Numbered from the stretch's first letter, positions 11,861-25,262 are shown. The stretch is DNA of 64,000 bases from Eukaryota sp. TZLM1-RC (GCA_040285825.1 JAUPSS010000002.1:1054001-1118000); one strand, 5' to 3'. Numbers and translations are program-made. The notes: generated by a model from the letters alone, not told the origin.

Positions 11861-12479
11861 TTTCCTGAACACCGCAAACTAACTTTGTTATCAGATGAAG
11901 AAATTGATTCAGTTAATAACCTTGATACCTTGGATGCTGTTATTGTTCGTGACCACAAAACACTTCAAAAAAAAGATCATCAGTTTGAAAAATCAGTTCT
12001 TAAGTTTAGTAAAAGTTAGTTTAAAATAAACATCAGTTGTAGTTTTAAAAAAACACCAGGAAAAGCTAAAAAAAGCAGAGAAAAGAAGAGAAAGGAAGTG
12101 ACCAGAACTGTCTGGTATTATTTCAAATTAGGTGCTCATCAAAATCAAAAAGCACTCACCCTTTAAAGTCATTGACTCTGACAAAGAGTCACTGATGTTG
12201 ATCGTAGAAGTGAGGCACCATAAAGATCGGAGAAGAAAGTGTGCCATGAGAGATGACAGAATGGAGTGAAGTTGCATGTTTAAATTTAAATTAAATTTTC
12301 ACATGATGCACACAATGCAGGATTGCTATTATTAGACATCTCGTGTCTTTCACATAGCCTTGATTTTCTCTTGTATCTAAATGATTCAACTAATTTTTCT
12401 AAAGTTTTCTGAATTAATTTTTTTGAAGTTCTTCTTCATTATAACGAAGACTATTCAAAAGTATGGTAATTAAAAAAAT

Positions 12480-12960
12480 TTATTGATCTATAGCATTTGA
12501 TAATAAAAATCAGATCTAATGTAACTAGTTTCAGTGAACCAAGATTTCCTCTACAAACCTGAACTCCTTGTGTTCTCGCCATGTTTGTTCTTGAACCAAT
12601 TTTTGAAAATTATTCAAAAAAATTTTCCTGCTTTTATTGATGATGTTTTGTTTACAAAAATAGGAAATCAATAAAAGAGTGGTCTGTTTCTATCAGCATT
12701 AGCGTTTTGATAACTTTGTCTCATTTTTATGTTTTTCTTTCGTTTTGTATCCAAGAGCATCTGCAAGATTGAATACCTTCTTTGAACCAAAGTGTCATCT
12801 GCGACATCACAGGAAATCAAATTAACAACCTCAGAGTTATCAATCCAATCGTACTAAGAATCAGGTCTATCATCAGAACCAAACTTGTTTGATGACAGTG
12901 TTTCTTTCAGCAAAGACACATTAATACACGAGATTCTTACACTTTTTACCCTATTGAAAT
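12480..12960 (-). mobile_element. Degenerate family-A-like retrotransposon 3' fragment
   Basis: Reverse complement resembles the family A REL region (ETLSSNKFGSDDR..., ISCDVADDTLVQ). Confidence 0.65.
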
Positions 12961-13041
12961 GATTTTGGATTTTCAAAATTTATTTTTCTCTTCATTTTTA
13001 ATTTCAAAAGATTTTTTATTGATCCAAAGAAACTAACAAAA

Positions 13042-13540
13042 CTAAGGACATTCTGGACAGCGTGAGGATTGAGGAACAGTACGAGGTGCTATCTCACTCC
13101 CCATTACTTCAAAGGTTTCCTGGTCAGCTTTGTCTGACTGTACCAAAAACTTGTTTTGAGAAAGCTTCTTTTTGATATGTGCTTTACTGAGAAAGTTGCT
13201 GTTGGGATAGCGAACGAATACAGGATCGTTTTCTACAAAATCTGTTTCAGCAAACTCAACAAAATCAGAACCTTGAATTAATTGTTGTCTACTATCTAAG
13301 GTCCTCCCAACGTAAACGGATCTTGCTTCGTCGTAGTTTTCGAAGCTACATACTTCATATATGTCTTCCTTGATGGGTTCCTCTAGACCAGAGGGAATGC
13401 GTTTGAGACCAATTTTTTGTCCTTTCTGAGGCATCGTAACAAATGGTGTGAGAATATGTTCTCAATGCTACTTGCGATATCCTTACCGCAAAATGATATC
13501 CTTTTTGAAACTCGAGAGGAATGGCTTGTTGTAACGCCAT
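13042..13540 (-). CDS. Small Tudor-like protein, possibly SGF29-type (probable intron near 13426-13471)
   Basis: Two overlapping ORFs can be joined by a GT...CCTCAG intron. VFVRYPNSNFLSKAHI...FLVQSD resembles the second SGF29 Tudor domain. Confidence 0.4.
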
Positions 13541-14440
13541 TTACAAGAACTCAAACTTAAGAACTATCAATTGTTTGATATACTGATTATTATTTACATG
13601 TATAGCTAAGAATTCTACCCTTATCAACATTATTTTGAAAGGGAACATCACCAGAAAATGATTTCCACGATTCCCTTGTCATATTATAGAGGAAATTTAT
13701 TTCAGAAAATGAATCGTCGGACGAACCAAGGAACATTGGATTAGAAATCTTAGTTCGAAAAATGAAAAATTACAATCCTACAGTAATTGTACATTGAAAG
13801 CCTTGGAAGCGACAATTGTGTGTTGAGTGAGTGTTGGCAACTCAAAAAATGTACGATTATGTCATTGTCTATATGCTCTAAACTTTCTATTCCCTTCACA
13901 GATCTTTGCAGTACATATGATCTACAATTAATAAGAAAATGTGAGTGATCAGTTTTAAACTTGTTGGAAGTAATAGTAATAATAGAAATATTTTGGAATT
14001 GATAAAATAAGTTAATTTAGTTATTTCCTTTGGTAAAAATTTAGAAGTAAAACTTGAAAGAATTTCAAAAACAACAGTGTAGACACAGAGTTCGGGCAAG
14101 CTCAACAACTTTCGGTAGTGAAGAAACATAGAAATAGGGATTGGCAGGGAACAGTGTTGCCAATACACGAAAATTTTTATACATAGTGAAATATTAGATC
14201 AATTCGATTTTATAGGCTCAAACATTATTAAAGTTTATTATTGTACCGCAGTCTGGTATGCTGGCGAGACTTCTTCTGTCTCAGTTCCTGACGTTAAAAG
14301 CAGTGAGGCATACCAAACATTCTTCGTCCTAGAGGGAAAGAAATGGGAAGGGAGAAACGGGTGTTGTGACTCTCGAAAAATATGTGTATGCAAGAACGAA
14401 CCTGAAAATTACACTAGGTAAGAACTGAATAAAGAAATTA

Positions 14441-14964
14441 CACTTATGCCTGTAATTAGTCTCACTGTGACTAATTTTGTACTCAGCATTTTCAATGTCC
14501 AGGACAATATTAGTCTCAGTGAGACTATTTGTGCACTGAGACTAATTCTGTACTGAGACTAATTGTGCACTGAGACTAAATTTGTCCTGATGTTCTGAAG
14601 TAATAAAAACATTTTATTTGGTCGAACTATTCTAATACATAGCAATCATCATCATCTCCTTGCAAGGATTGCGGAGCTCAACTCTCGCAAATGCTCGGAG
14701 GATAGGGGACCCTGAAAAAATATTGTTCATTAACAAAGGATAGGAGCTACTGAAAGGAACAAACTCGAAAGAATACAATCTTTTATATGTGTATAATACC
14801 ACACTATAGTTACGTTTTCATAGGTGAATGTTCCCTGAAAAAGAGATCGTGTTTACTGTTGAGCTATAACATCCGTTGCAAACTTTATCAAATGGCAAAT
14901 ATTTTGGACAATATTAGTCTCAGTGAGACTAATTGTGCACTGAGACTAATTACAGGCATAAGTG
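14441..14964. mobile_element. Non-autonomous pogo/Tc1-mariner TIR element (MITE-like, 524 bp)
   Basis: Perfect TIR CACTTATGCCTGTAATTAGTCTCA, TA at both ends and subterminal TGAGACTAATT repeats. Minus-strand remnant GDDDDCYVLE* resembles the tail of the 20.4-kb element. Confidence 0.9.
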
Positions 14965-15762
14965 TAAATTGTGAAACTTTATACAAACTCATGGAATTTA
15001 AAAATTCCCTGCATTAAACACACAACTGCTGTGACTAACCACAATTTCATCAATTTTGACATCACATTACTATTTTTACGAAAGATAATGATTGAAGCAG
15101 GTACAATATCCATTATAAATATGTCTATTTATCAGTTTGGCCATGTATTATTGTTTTGTGGATGTAAGAAGTTGAAAATAAACCAAAGTTTAAAAGTAAC
15201 TGAAACACAGAAATCAATCATTTCTTATTGTCTGTGCACGTTCCATTTCCAGTGAGGTCTATGTAGTCATGGATACCTGCCTGCTCTCTTCATCAGTTCT
15301 TTGAGCAGCCAGTATGTGATAATATTGGTGGACAGCTTGCTGGCCAGAGTTTTTGCTGTACGCTTCCCTGAAGACAGTCGTTTTCTGACTCAACCACAAT
15401 TGTGGATCCAATGTCTTGACTTTGTGGCGGTATCTGAGCCAGTCGGTCATAACTGCCCTGCACCAGCCATTTATGCTGGCTTTGTACTTCACAACAACAT
15501 GAACTATCGGGAAGAGTGACCCTTAATCAAGGAAACAGTACCTACATCTGCCGTTGCGGATTAACAATCCAAAACAACCTCGAGCAAGCCTTTCCGCATA
15601 CCTTCAGACGACAGAGACTCACCCCTATCGCTAGTTTGAAGCCTGCTTTTGTTCCCTTTTTTTGTTTCCTTTTTGAATCATCATTGCGCGAAATTAACAG
15701 ATGTTCAAGCGATGACGATTTAACACAATAAATATTCTTGAATAGTGTAATATATAAATATA

Positions 15763-16210
15763 TTAATAGTGGAAACAGAATGTTTTACTGGGGACTCTAC
15801 ATAGTATAGCATCAAATACAATGTGCAGTATATATAAAACTGCAACACTAAGAAAACAAAGAAACTGAAAAATAGTAAAGTTTGAAACCTCAATCAATGT
15901 TATGTAATAGAAAGCTGCGATTGGGTTCACTTCGAATAAATCCAGAAAATTGTACAACCTGGTAATGAATTTGGTAAGAGAAAAGTAAGAGCTAAAGTGT
16001 TATAGGTCGTAAATCGGCGCTCGCGTGATATCTGAGTTACCTGATAACCGCTGATTGAGACTTTTCCATAGAAATAAGTGCATTACGTAGAGAAGGAAGG
16101 TTGTCATGGGATAGAAGAAGATCGAAGGTGTATGGCATTGATAGGGAGGCGTGAGAAGAGGTGGTTGTTAACAGGTGGGTGCGTTGTTGTGAATTTGAAA
16201 TTAAGCTCAT
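15763..16210 (-). CDS. Small hypothetical membrane protein (putative intron 15959-16040)
   Basis: ORFs 16037-16219 and 15763-15957 join in frame through GTAACT...TTACCAG. Hydrophobic C-terminus. Confidence 0.4.
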
Positions 16211-16297
16211 CAGTTGCAAATCACCAGAGAAAAATGAAAAATGAACCCAAACCTACATTGGTGTAAATCTTTTACCGACTGCAACACATCTATTTGA

Positions 16298-19243
16298 ATG
16301 ATGCCTGATGAGCCCTCGGATTCATTCCACTTTTCCTCGAGGTACATTTTAGCGCTTATACCAACATGGGTAGTCATTGCTTTTTTGGGAGGTCGTCATT
16401 CTTTACTTTTCGTTGGTTTTGGGGTACTTGCCAATCTGCTATCCAGAATCACCAATAATGATATTGCATCTCTGTCATCCAAGTTGATTACACATTTTTG
16501 CTACTTTATGTTTGTGCTGTTACGCTTCATTTCCACTGCTTCCTTCTCTTTTTCCATTATATTCTGGCTTTGTTACATTTCGATCTATTCGACCACGACT
16601 TCTCTTCTTATCTTACTCACTTCTGCTGCTTCATCCCTCTTCCCTCCCTCATTTTCCCAATCCTTCCAGCGTCTACTGTATATCTCAACACTCTTGTCAT
16701 CTCTTCCTGGTGCTCACTTCTTCAATACCCTCTTCTTTGCCCCTCTTATCACCAATACAGCCATCTCGTACTCTCTGTCACTCATCACATCCATCAGCTA
16801 TGTCTTTGCCCTTGTCCTCAACACTGGACAATCTCTGTTAGGCAACACTAAGCTGTGCAAACTCTCTCATTTCCTTTCTACTCTTTCCATTCACCTTCTT
16901 CCCCTCCTGTCAATGCTTGTCAACAACGGATTTAGCATCTACCACGCTGCCTTCCTGCTCTCTCTTGGTGCGTTGCTTTCCTACCTCATAGATCAATCTC
17001 AGACCATTTCTTCCCCTTCTCCCTCCCCAAAGACTCCCTTGGTTAGTGTGGGACATACCATTAGTTCAGCATTTGTCAATGTTAAACTTATCTCGATCGT
17101 TCGGTTTATAATTCCCTTGTCTCTTTCACTTTCCCTTCTTCCTGGTTTTGTGAATCCTGATCATGCTGGACTTCGAGGTCCTTTGGTGTTGCTTTGTTCA
17201 GTGTTTGGTATCCCATTATTGGTTCAATTAGGTAAAATCTACCAAAACTCGGAAGAATTCACAAGAAATGCCAGATTATTGACCCTTCTCGTCTCGGTTT
17301 TGGTCTCCCTTATGGTCTTTGCTTTCTTTGGAGTTGCAACTCCTCTGCCTGCTCTGACTGTTACTATTTTAGGAAGTTTCCTTTTAGGTTATATCTTCTA
17401 TTCCACTACTAAATCTCTATTCCTAAAGACTTTTTCCCAATACCGATTCAAAACCATTTACCTCCTTCTAATCTCAACTTACTCAATTTCTCTTATCCAT
17501 TCCTATCTTACCTTCTCTCACCTCTCTTCAATCCCCCCTGTCTTAGTTTTGGTTTTACCTTTACCTTTGGCTTTAGCAGTTGGAACCCTCGCAGTGTTTT
17601 TGTTGTTAAAAAGTGGGGAAAGTCATTTGACTGATGTTTTCATTCTGTTATTCACCATTGCTCAATCTTTTGTGGAGTGTTTAATTAAAAGTTTACCTCA
17701 TGAACATTCATTATTACCACCACTCTTCATTGTTCTTTCTTCTGCTTTAATTTTGGTAATTTCATGTCACTCGAAGCTGAGTGAACGAACGAAAGCTTCT
17801 ACAAGAGCTTTTATAGTTTCTTTAGCCTATGGGAAGCTAGTCTTGATCATTCCCACCTTTCGACCTGCAGGTGACGTGATTGATTGGTTTTTTAGGGTTT
17901 TATTCCTTTCTATTTCGGTTACTGGTTCACTTTTGGACTATGAAAAAGTCCGTACTTTGTCTGAATTGGTTTTTCAACATGCTTTCTTTGGTTTCCTGTC
18001 GTCTTTTTCTACTTGTTTAATCCTGTTACCCCCATTATTATTTTCCTTGACTGGAGTACAAATTTCGATTCCCTCCTTCTTCCTTTTCCTCTATGCTTTC
18101 ACCATGTTTTACCTCTACATTTCAACCCTCCCTCTCTTTCCTTCCTTTGCAACCTGGGTTCGTTTTGGAGAGGAAGAAGGTAAAGAAGTGATGGCCAGGG
18201 TAAAGAAATTTTGTGCTATTTCTATTGTCTTAGTTTTCTCTGCTCTCTTGTTTTATTATTCTGCTCCTAGGTCTGTATTTTTTGATGAAACTCCCGTCAC
18301 TTTTGGTGGGTTTTTCTATCTCTGCTTGTCAGCTTTGATTATAGTTAATTCAGCATTCTTTGCACCATTGAAGGCTTCATCAATGTCAAAGTTCACCAGT
18401 TTTACTTCTAAATCACACGTCAAATTGATTATTACACTTTTGAATTCTTTATTAAGTTCATTTGCTCTAACCAAATGGACAAGCTTATCTTCGTTTTCCG
18501 ATTACGGAGTATTCTTTTTAATGATGATAACTCTATTTTTTGCTCTATTTAGTTTATTCAATTCGCTGCCTCAACTAAGTAATTTTGTTTTTGTTCCAAT
18601 ACTCTCTGCTGTTTTTGGTTTAACTTTTTCTATTTGCTGTTTCATCATTCCCTTATTCCGTCCTGCTTTGGCAATTTCCTTGCTTAATGTGGTTTTAATT
18701 TCAACATCAATTAGCATTATAGCATGTAAGGCTATTAAACGGAGTTCCCTACCCACAGAATTTACTGAGCCGTTACTTGTCACCAATTCTCTCAATTTGG
18801 GAGTTTTGTGGCTTTGCTTGGTTTATTATATGTCTAAATACTTTGTAGGATTCTCCCCTGAAGTTTTTCTTTCAAGTGTTTTGTTTCTATTTATAGAAAC
18901 TAATAAGTTGACAAGCTCTTTAACCATTATGCTTGCTGGGCTGCCTTTTTCTGCAATTTTTGCTTTATTTTTTGATCCTATTACTGTTGTTTTTCCAACA
19001 ATTTTCTTTTTATTTGGAGTATGTATTATTTATTTTATGGTTTTATTCTTTGTCTTGTTTGGTGATTATAAATTAAATCACTTTCAGTCAATTGGGCTCT
19101 CCATTGTTGTAGTTTTGTTGAGTATTCCTGCAAAATCTATAGTGGTTACTCTCATAGCCCTGGTGACTGTCATTCAACTCGTTTCTAGTGTTGTAATTCA
19201 AACTTATCTGACCACTGGATATGATCGTGTAAGGACTGATTAG
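16298..19243 (+). CDS. Large polytopic membrane protein of unknown function
   Basis: Uninterrupted 981-aa ORF, hydrophobic almost throughout (by eye more than 20 TM-like segments). Confidence 0.8.
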   Translation: MMPDEPSDSFHFSSRYILALIPTWVVIAFLGGRHSLLFVGFGVLANLLSRITNNDIASLSSKLITHFCYFMFVLLRFISTASFSFSIIFWLCYISIYSTTTSLLILLTSAASSLFPPSFSQSFQRLLYISTLLSSLPGAHFFNTLFFAPLITNTAISYSLSLITSISYVFALVLNTGQSLLGNTKLCKLSHFLSTLSIHLLPLLSMLVNNGFSIYHAAFLLSLGALLSYLIDQSQTISSPSPSPKTPLVSVGHTISSAFVNVKLISIVRFIIPLSLSLSLLPGFVNPDHAGLRGPLVLLCSVFGIPLLVQLGKIYQNSEEFTRNARLLTLLVSVLVSLMVFAFFGVATPLPALTVTILGSFLLGYIFYSTTKSLFLKTFSQYRFKTIYLLLISTYSISLIHSYLTFSHLSSIPPVLVLVLPLPLALAVGTLAVFLLLKSGESHLTDVFILLFTIAQSFVECLIKSLPHEHSLLPPLFIVLSSALILVISCHSKLSERTKASTRAFIVSLAYGKLVLIIPTFRPAGDVIDWFFRVLFLSISVTGSLLDYEKVRTLSELVFQHAFFGFLSSFSTCLILLPPLLFSLTGVQISIPSFFLFLYAFTMFYLYISTLPLFPSFATWVRFGEEEGKEVMARVKKFCAISIVLVFSALLFYYSAPRSVFFDETPVTFGGFFYLCLSALIIVNSAFFAPLKASSMSKFTSFTSKSHVKLIITLLNSLLSSFALTKWTSLSSFSDYGVFFLMMITLFFALFSLFNSLPQLSNFVFVPILSAVFGLTFSICCFIIPLFRPALAISLLNVVLISTSISIIACKAIKRSSLPTEFTEPLLVTNSLNLGVLWLCLVYYMSKYFVGFSPEVFLSSVLFLFIETNKLTSSLTIMLAGLPFSAIFALFFDPITVVFPTIFFLFGVCIIYFMVLFFVLFGDYKLNHFQSIGLSIVVVLLSIPAKSIVVTLIALVTVIQLVSSVVIQTYLTTGYDRVRTD

Positions 19244-19769
19244 ATGGAAAAACAAAATAAAGGCAAAATGTAAGTGTTTCCTCATGTTTGTATCATCTGT
19301 TCTATTTATTCAACATTAATAATCTTGAATTAGGTTACAAAAACTATCTGCAGTATTAGACTAAAATGAATAGAAATAGGATAACATCTGCTAAAACTCA
19401 AGTAATAAAGTATACCATTAAATAAGAACTTCAGAATTTGACTTTCTTCTCTAAACCAAAATGTTATTTGCAACGTTACAGCAAAAAAAGATAACAATTG
19501 CTTCAAAGTTTGTAATCCAATCTTAGTAAACTTTAACTCTATCAGCAGAACCCTAATGTCCAACTATTTAACGGCAGTGCTTGTGCTACGAAAATTTCTT
19601 TCATACGCAGGATTTCCGCAAATTGAATGTAAGAACAGAATAAGAGGAGCAATTTTTCCCTTTTTACCAATTGAGAGCATGGCGTTAATACTAAGTGAAT
19701 TTAAGATTACATAAGGAGTTTTTTCTACTTCCTGGGATTTGAATTATATTTATTCCACGAGAAACTAAA

Positions 19770-19925
19770 CAACAAACTTAAATTCTAAATCTTCATACCC
19801 CAAATCAGCCAAAAAGATTGACTGGAAGTTCTTCCTTCATAAAAACGACCAAGAGGTAATAAAGCAGAAGATAATAGGGTGACAACACCTTTAAAAATTG
19901 AAAATACAATTCTGTTCTGTCAAGA
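19770..19925 (-). mobile_element. Family B retrotransposon 3' end fragment
   Basis: Matches 7155-7295 and 43665-43810. Confidence 0.75.
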
Positions 19926-20285
19926 TTCCTGTTGAAGTCAGTCCTGATTCTTCAATCCCATTGTCTGTTCAACTTCGTTCATTTACAAGTAAGTTGAAGA
20001 GAAATGAATGGGACATAAGTAGCTTTTGTAAATTTTTTTTGCAAAAAAGAATCTTTTGTCAACAAAAATGCTGTCTACAAACAAAATTCAATGCAAAAAG
20101 TCAAACAACAAAGAAAACTATGTCTTCGAGGAAGGTACGGTGCCGGAGTTCAGACATTATTTTCCTCTGTTATTGCCAAACCAACTCCTTAAACAGTTGA
20201 AAAATTGAAGAAGCTCCATCCTGAAGAAAATTTTGTTTGTCCAAAACCCAATATTTGTGAGTTTTGGACTAATAATCCAATTATC

Positions 20286-21588
20286 TGTTGGGTCAATATG
20301 GGGCTGCATCAAATAATAAACTACGGATAAACGGAAACAGGGTGTTTATTACAGCGGGTGTGAATAATCAAGGGAAATTATGCGAGAATCTACACTGTTG
20401 GCAGTAATTAGTCTCACTCAGACTAATTTTGTACTGAATTGTTTGTGCTTTCCGGACAATATTAGTCTCACTCAGACTAATTTTGCAGTGAGACTAATTC
20501 TGTACTGAGACTAATTTTGCAGTGAGACTAATTTTGTCTCGACCTTATTTCCTTTGACCACCAGACAAACAACATCTTTATCAATAAAAAACACTCAATC
20601 TATTCTAAAATATAACATTCATCCTCTTCTTCATCCTTCAGCTTAGTAATCTCCTGTTGTGTTATGAAATCTTCGGTTACTTGAATTTCCTCCTCTGAAT
20701 TATCGTCGAATCCCTGTACTTCAGTGAAATCATCGTCGTCACTCACATCTTCCCAGATATCTTCATAACAACCGAAACTCCTCCAGCAGTTCTTTGTGTA
20801 CCCATTCTACCCATTCAGCTCTCTTTCTACCTCTTCCGCTCCTGGCTTTTTAAAAAGAATTTTTCTTCACTGTACTGTTTTTGTACACGTTCTAGGGACA
20901 ATTTGTCCTTTTCCAACCTCCTATAAAACTGATGGCGGTTTTTCCACCAGTCTGATGCCTTTTGGATGTTGGCGTTTGAAGACGATCTGAAGTGCTCGGG
21001 AAACTGTTTGACAGTGGCAGCTTTCAACCCCTTTTCGGTGTTTTGTTCTTGTACCCATCTTTCCATCCACTCAAGAACCACTTTACGAGTTTGTTTGGTG
21101 GAAACTTGTTGAATTCGTCTTTTAGTTCCTGCAGTGGGAGACAACACAGCGTTTTCATCATGGTGTTGTATTTCAGGAAGTGGTAAGACGATAGGAGTGG
21201 AGGTATCTACTTCTGCAGAAGGAGGTGTAGTGTGAGCCGTGCTAGAGCGTTGAGCCCGTGCAAAAGATTGTACGAGAGGAGAACCCGAGAAAAGACCGTT
21301 CATTAGTAAGAGAAAAAATGAATAAAAAATGATTGGTACAAAATTTTATAAGTTTTTGAAAAAAGTACTGGAAAAATGTTTATGAAACTCAGGACAAAAT
21401 TAGTCTCACAAAGACGATTTTGAATGGTCATTGGACAAAATTAGTCTCACTCAGACTAATTTTGCAGTGAGACTAATTTGGCAGTGAGACTAATTACTGC
21501 CAACAGTGTAGATAAATAAGTGATGACGTGGCATCACGTGATAACTGTAAAATACAAATAACTATCTAACTATGGCGAGGAGCCAACA
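20286..21588. mobile_element. Probable solo LTR (about 185 bp) interrupted by a pogo-like element
   Basis: TGTTGG...CCAACA termini interrupt the family C reading frame. Carries the ATGACGTG motif seen in the other LTRs. No clean TSD. Confidence 0.6.
20393..21508 (-). mobile_element. Internally deleted pogo-like DNA transposon
   Basis: 26-bp TIR CACTGTTGGCAGTAATTAGTCTCACT with TA TSD. ORF 20827-21303 continues into GRKRAEWVEWVH (CENP-B-like HTH), and KNCWRSFG plus an acidic tail follow. The DDE core is absent. Confidence 0.85.
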
Positions 21589-22535
21589 TAATTCTTCTAA
21601 AGTTCTTGCTTTAATTAAAAAATTACCAAAAGGTAAAGCTGCTGGACCATCAGGGATTTCGTTTGATATTTTGAAACCGCCTGCAATATGACAGCTGAAA
21701 TTGCAGATGGTTTAGCGTTTTATTTTCAACAATTGGTCTCTTTGAAAGTCGTTCCTCCTCCTGAGCTTACTGCTGCACGTCTCATTGCTTTAGTAAAACC
21801 TGGGAGTGAATTTAAACCTTCAGAGATTCGTTGCAGTAGGTGAATCTCTCTCGTTTGTTTGCCTCAATTATTTTCAGAATTGTGAAAAAGGCTGGTAAAT
21901 TTTTGTCGCCATTGATGGAGCTTCAGCTTTGATGCTCTAACATCTGACTTGTTTCTTAACTCCAAAGGAAACAATTTTATTTTCAATTTGGATTTCAGCA
22001 ATGTTTTCAACAGTAAAAAAAGCAATTTACGAAGTGATTGAAAGCATTTCCCTGAACTATCAAGTTATTTCTACTGGTTTTACGGTAAATCCAGTGAATT
22101 AGTATATGATGTATCTCTATAAAGTCTTCATCTGGTGTAAAGCAAGGGGATCCCTTGGGCCCATTATTATTTTATATTGCAATTCAGAAATCTTTGATAG
22201 CAATTAATGAAAACTACACTTCTCTAAAAATTGTAGGTTACATGGATGACATCTCCCTTATTGGTCCTTTTGATGTTGTCCAAAAAGTTTCAATTGAAAT
22301 TGCTTCACAATATGAAAATATAGGACTTCACTTGAATTTTCCGAAAGTGTTTATTAATTGGTAATGAATTCAAACAGTTTGAAATTAATAATTGTAAAAT
22401 TCCTTTTACCAATTATTCTCACGAAGCTTTTCGTTTTTTAGGTTGTTGGTTAGGAAATGTTGATGAAACAACTAAAACTCTTAACGAAATTGCTGAAAAA
22501 CTTGGTAATGAGCTTCAATCAATTTCTGAATCGGA

Positions 22536-25262
22536 ATACAATGAATTTGCTTTCGTTTTTAAATGATTTTTGGATCAATTATGTAAGGGAAGGTATGCTA
22601 TCAATATTCTTTGGGAATTTTTTGGTTCTTTTTGTCCTCCTTTTGAACAAAATTTCGTAAATAATTCCGAAGATTTAATTGATGAAGCACCGAGAAATCA
22701 GTCATCTGAGAAATTGAGTAAAATTTTTGAAGACAAATGCTTTGATAAAAAATGGTCTAGGGCTTTGTCTGCTTTAAGTCCCGGAGTTAAAGCTCCCAAC
22801 AATCAAGATACTAGGGGTAAACTGAAAATACTTCATCCATTGGAAGACCCTATAATGGATCAAAATTTTTACGGAACCTATTGGGAAAATTATCCATTGA
22901 TGGCATCAGAAGTATTTTCGATGATAAAAAAGAGACCACGCGGAAAGTCTGCCGGGCTTTCTGGTATTTCTATTGATCATGTAAAAGCCGCAATTATTTC
23001 ATCAGAGTATTGTCTTGTTTTATTAACCAAATTTTTTAACAGAATATTGACTGGTCAACTTAAATATCCAGAAGAATTAAGAAGTTCTCGTTTGACTGCA
23101 CTTGTCAAGAATTCAAAAATGGATGTTCGTCCTATTGCAGTCTCTGAGAGCTTACAAAATTATTTTTCTGCTTGTTGCTTAAGCAAGTTCAATGAAAAAG
23201 CAAAAAAGAATTTGTTGCCCTTTCAATAAGGAATTAATACCACTGATGGAGTTTCTTCAGCGATATTTGATACAGATGTATTATTTCGCCAAAATGAATC
23301 CAATGTTTGTATGTCATTGGATTTAGTAATACATTCAATTCACTCAGTCGTTGCAGTATCCATGGTGCTTTGTTGCAATATATGCCGGAATTAATACCGT
23401 ATTTCCGATCAACATATAGCACAAATTCTAATTTACATTTTGATAATTCCATTTTGAGTTCATCAAGTGGTGTAAAGCAAGGAGATCCATTAGGACCCTT
23501 TTTGTTTTGTTTGGCCATTCATCCTATTTCATTACAAATCCAAGAGATGTTTCCTTCGCTGATAATGATTGCATATATGGATGATGTTGTTCTTATAGGT
23601 GATTTAAATATTGTGAAAAAAGCAACTGTATGTTTTAAAGAATTATTTACCAAAATTAGTCCCCGACTTAATTTACTTAAATGTGTTTTGTTATCGAATT
23701 CTCCAGTTTCTACAATAGTTGTTGGTATTAAATTTCAAGCCAAATTATATTCAATTGATGCTATTCGTCATTTGGGTTCGTTTTTAGGAAATAATGATGA
23801 AATTACCAAAAAATTGTTTGAGATGTTGAACTCAATTTCCGATAAAATTGACCGAATGTTGACTTTATACAGAAACATATCAAATTTACCATTATAAGAC
23901 TGTGATTTAATTCCAACTTCAATCATATATTTCGATCTACAAATCCTCTTGTCACTAGGCCTTTGGCTCAGAAGTTTAATGAGTCACGTGCAAAAGTTTT
24001 GTCACAATTACTGGGATGTAAAATGTTCCAAATTCCAGACCATGCTTATCTTAGTCCACATTATGGTGGTTTAGGGTGGACGAAGGCTTCTATTCTTACC
24101 TCGTGTGCTTTTGTTGGTGGATGCAGAAATGCAATCTTTGAGTTTTCCGAAAGATTTGCAGATTGGGCAGATTTATTGATGACAACGCAAAGTTCCACTG
24201 TTTTTGCATGAAATGAAGAAATTTCAAAAATTGATGTAGTCGATGCTTTCCCCAATCATTCAATGGCAATATTCCAGAAAACAATCTTTTAAATATAAAA
24301 TACACTCTTCGAACATTACAGAAACGATTGACTGGAATGTATAAAAATGATCTTTATAATAATATATGCTGCTCGGCTGTTTTAAATCAAGATCTTCACT
24401 CATTGTTATTGGAAAAGGGTGTTTGCGAAAATAAGTCATAGGATTCTTCACTTTTTTTAACCATTGTACCACGAAGATTTAGATTGTGTGCCACTAATGA
24501 AGCATTTGTAACAAAAGTGAGATTATATTTGAATATCCCCATTAATCAATTATTATCAAAAGAGAAATGTATTTGTTCGAATTCACCTCAACTCACTTTG
24601 CGCCATGCTCTGAATTGTTCTAAATTGATAACTTATCGTTCTTCATTACATGATGCTGTTAGAGACACTGTTTTCAATATGGCACAAACTGCAAGAATAT
24701 CGTGTATCAAAGAGCCTCTGCTGAAGGAAACACTTTCTCTGAATATTTTTGGTTCTGATGATAGAGGTGATGTATACTGTGATTGGATTGATAATTCTGA
24801 AGCTATTGTTGACTTTGTCTCATGTAATGTTGCAAATGATACTTTGGTTCACAGAAGAAAACTTAATTCTGTGAGTGCTCTTGATTTTAAAGCAAAAGAA
24901 AAACATCGAAAATATGATAAAGATATTGAAGAGGCTAATGCTGATAGAAATACACAGCTGGTTTTTATTGCTTTCCCATTTTCGATAAACGGAAGATTAT
25001 CAGTAGAAGCAGGAACTTTTTTGAATGATTTCCAAAAAATGGTTCAAGAAAAAACAATGAAAAGTTTTGATATTTTTTTATGCCGATCGCGGATTCAATT
25101 TGCCATTATTATTAGATTACCTCGGTTTTTCAATCGAATTAGAGAAGCTTTAGCTAGACAGCAAGCAGATCAAAATTTTGTAGAGGAAATTTTGGTTCAA
25201 TGATATTCGTCCCATTAGTTATGAGTTAATTTAATTAAGTGTGCATGTTCAATAAATATAAA
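22536..25262 (+). mobile_element. 5'-truncated family A CRE-like retrotransposon inserted in family C
   Basis: High identity to 54275-57015 (RT YMDD, REL DRGD...KHRKY) with stops and frameshifts. Conserved 3' UTR. Confidence 0.9.

Noticed and set aside
14151-14162. CAGTGTTGCCA (and TGGCAACAC at about 296) as TIR transposon ends
   Set aside because: No paired end, TSD or transposase could be identified.
14450-14590. Regularly spaced TGAGACTAATT repeats (also 20400-20540 and 21390-21500) as a CRISPR-like array
   Set aside because: The spacers are only about 7 nt and not unique, and the repeats lie inside TIR elements with TA TSDs.
15260-15650. Coding-like segment on the plus strand
   Set aside because: It is interrupted by stops and has no recognisable motif, so I cannot support a call.
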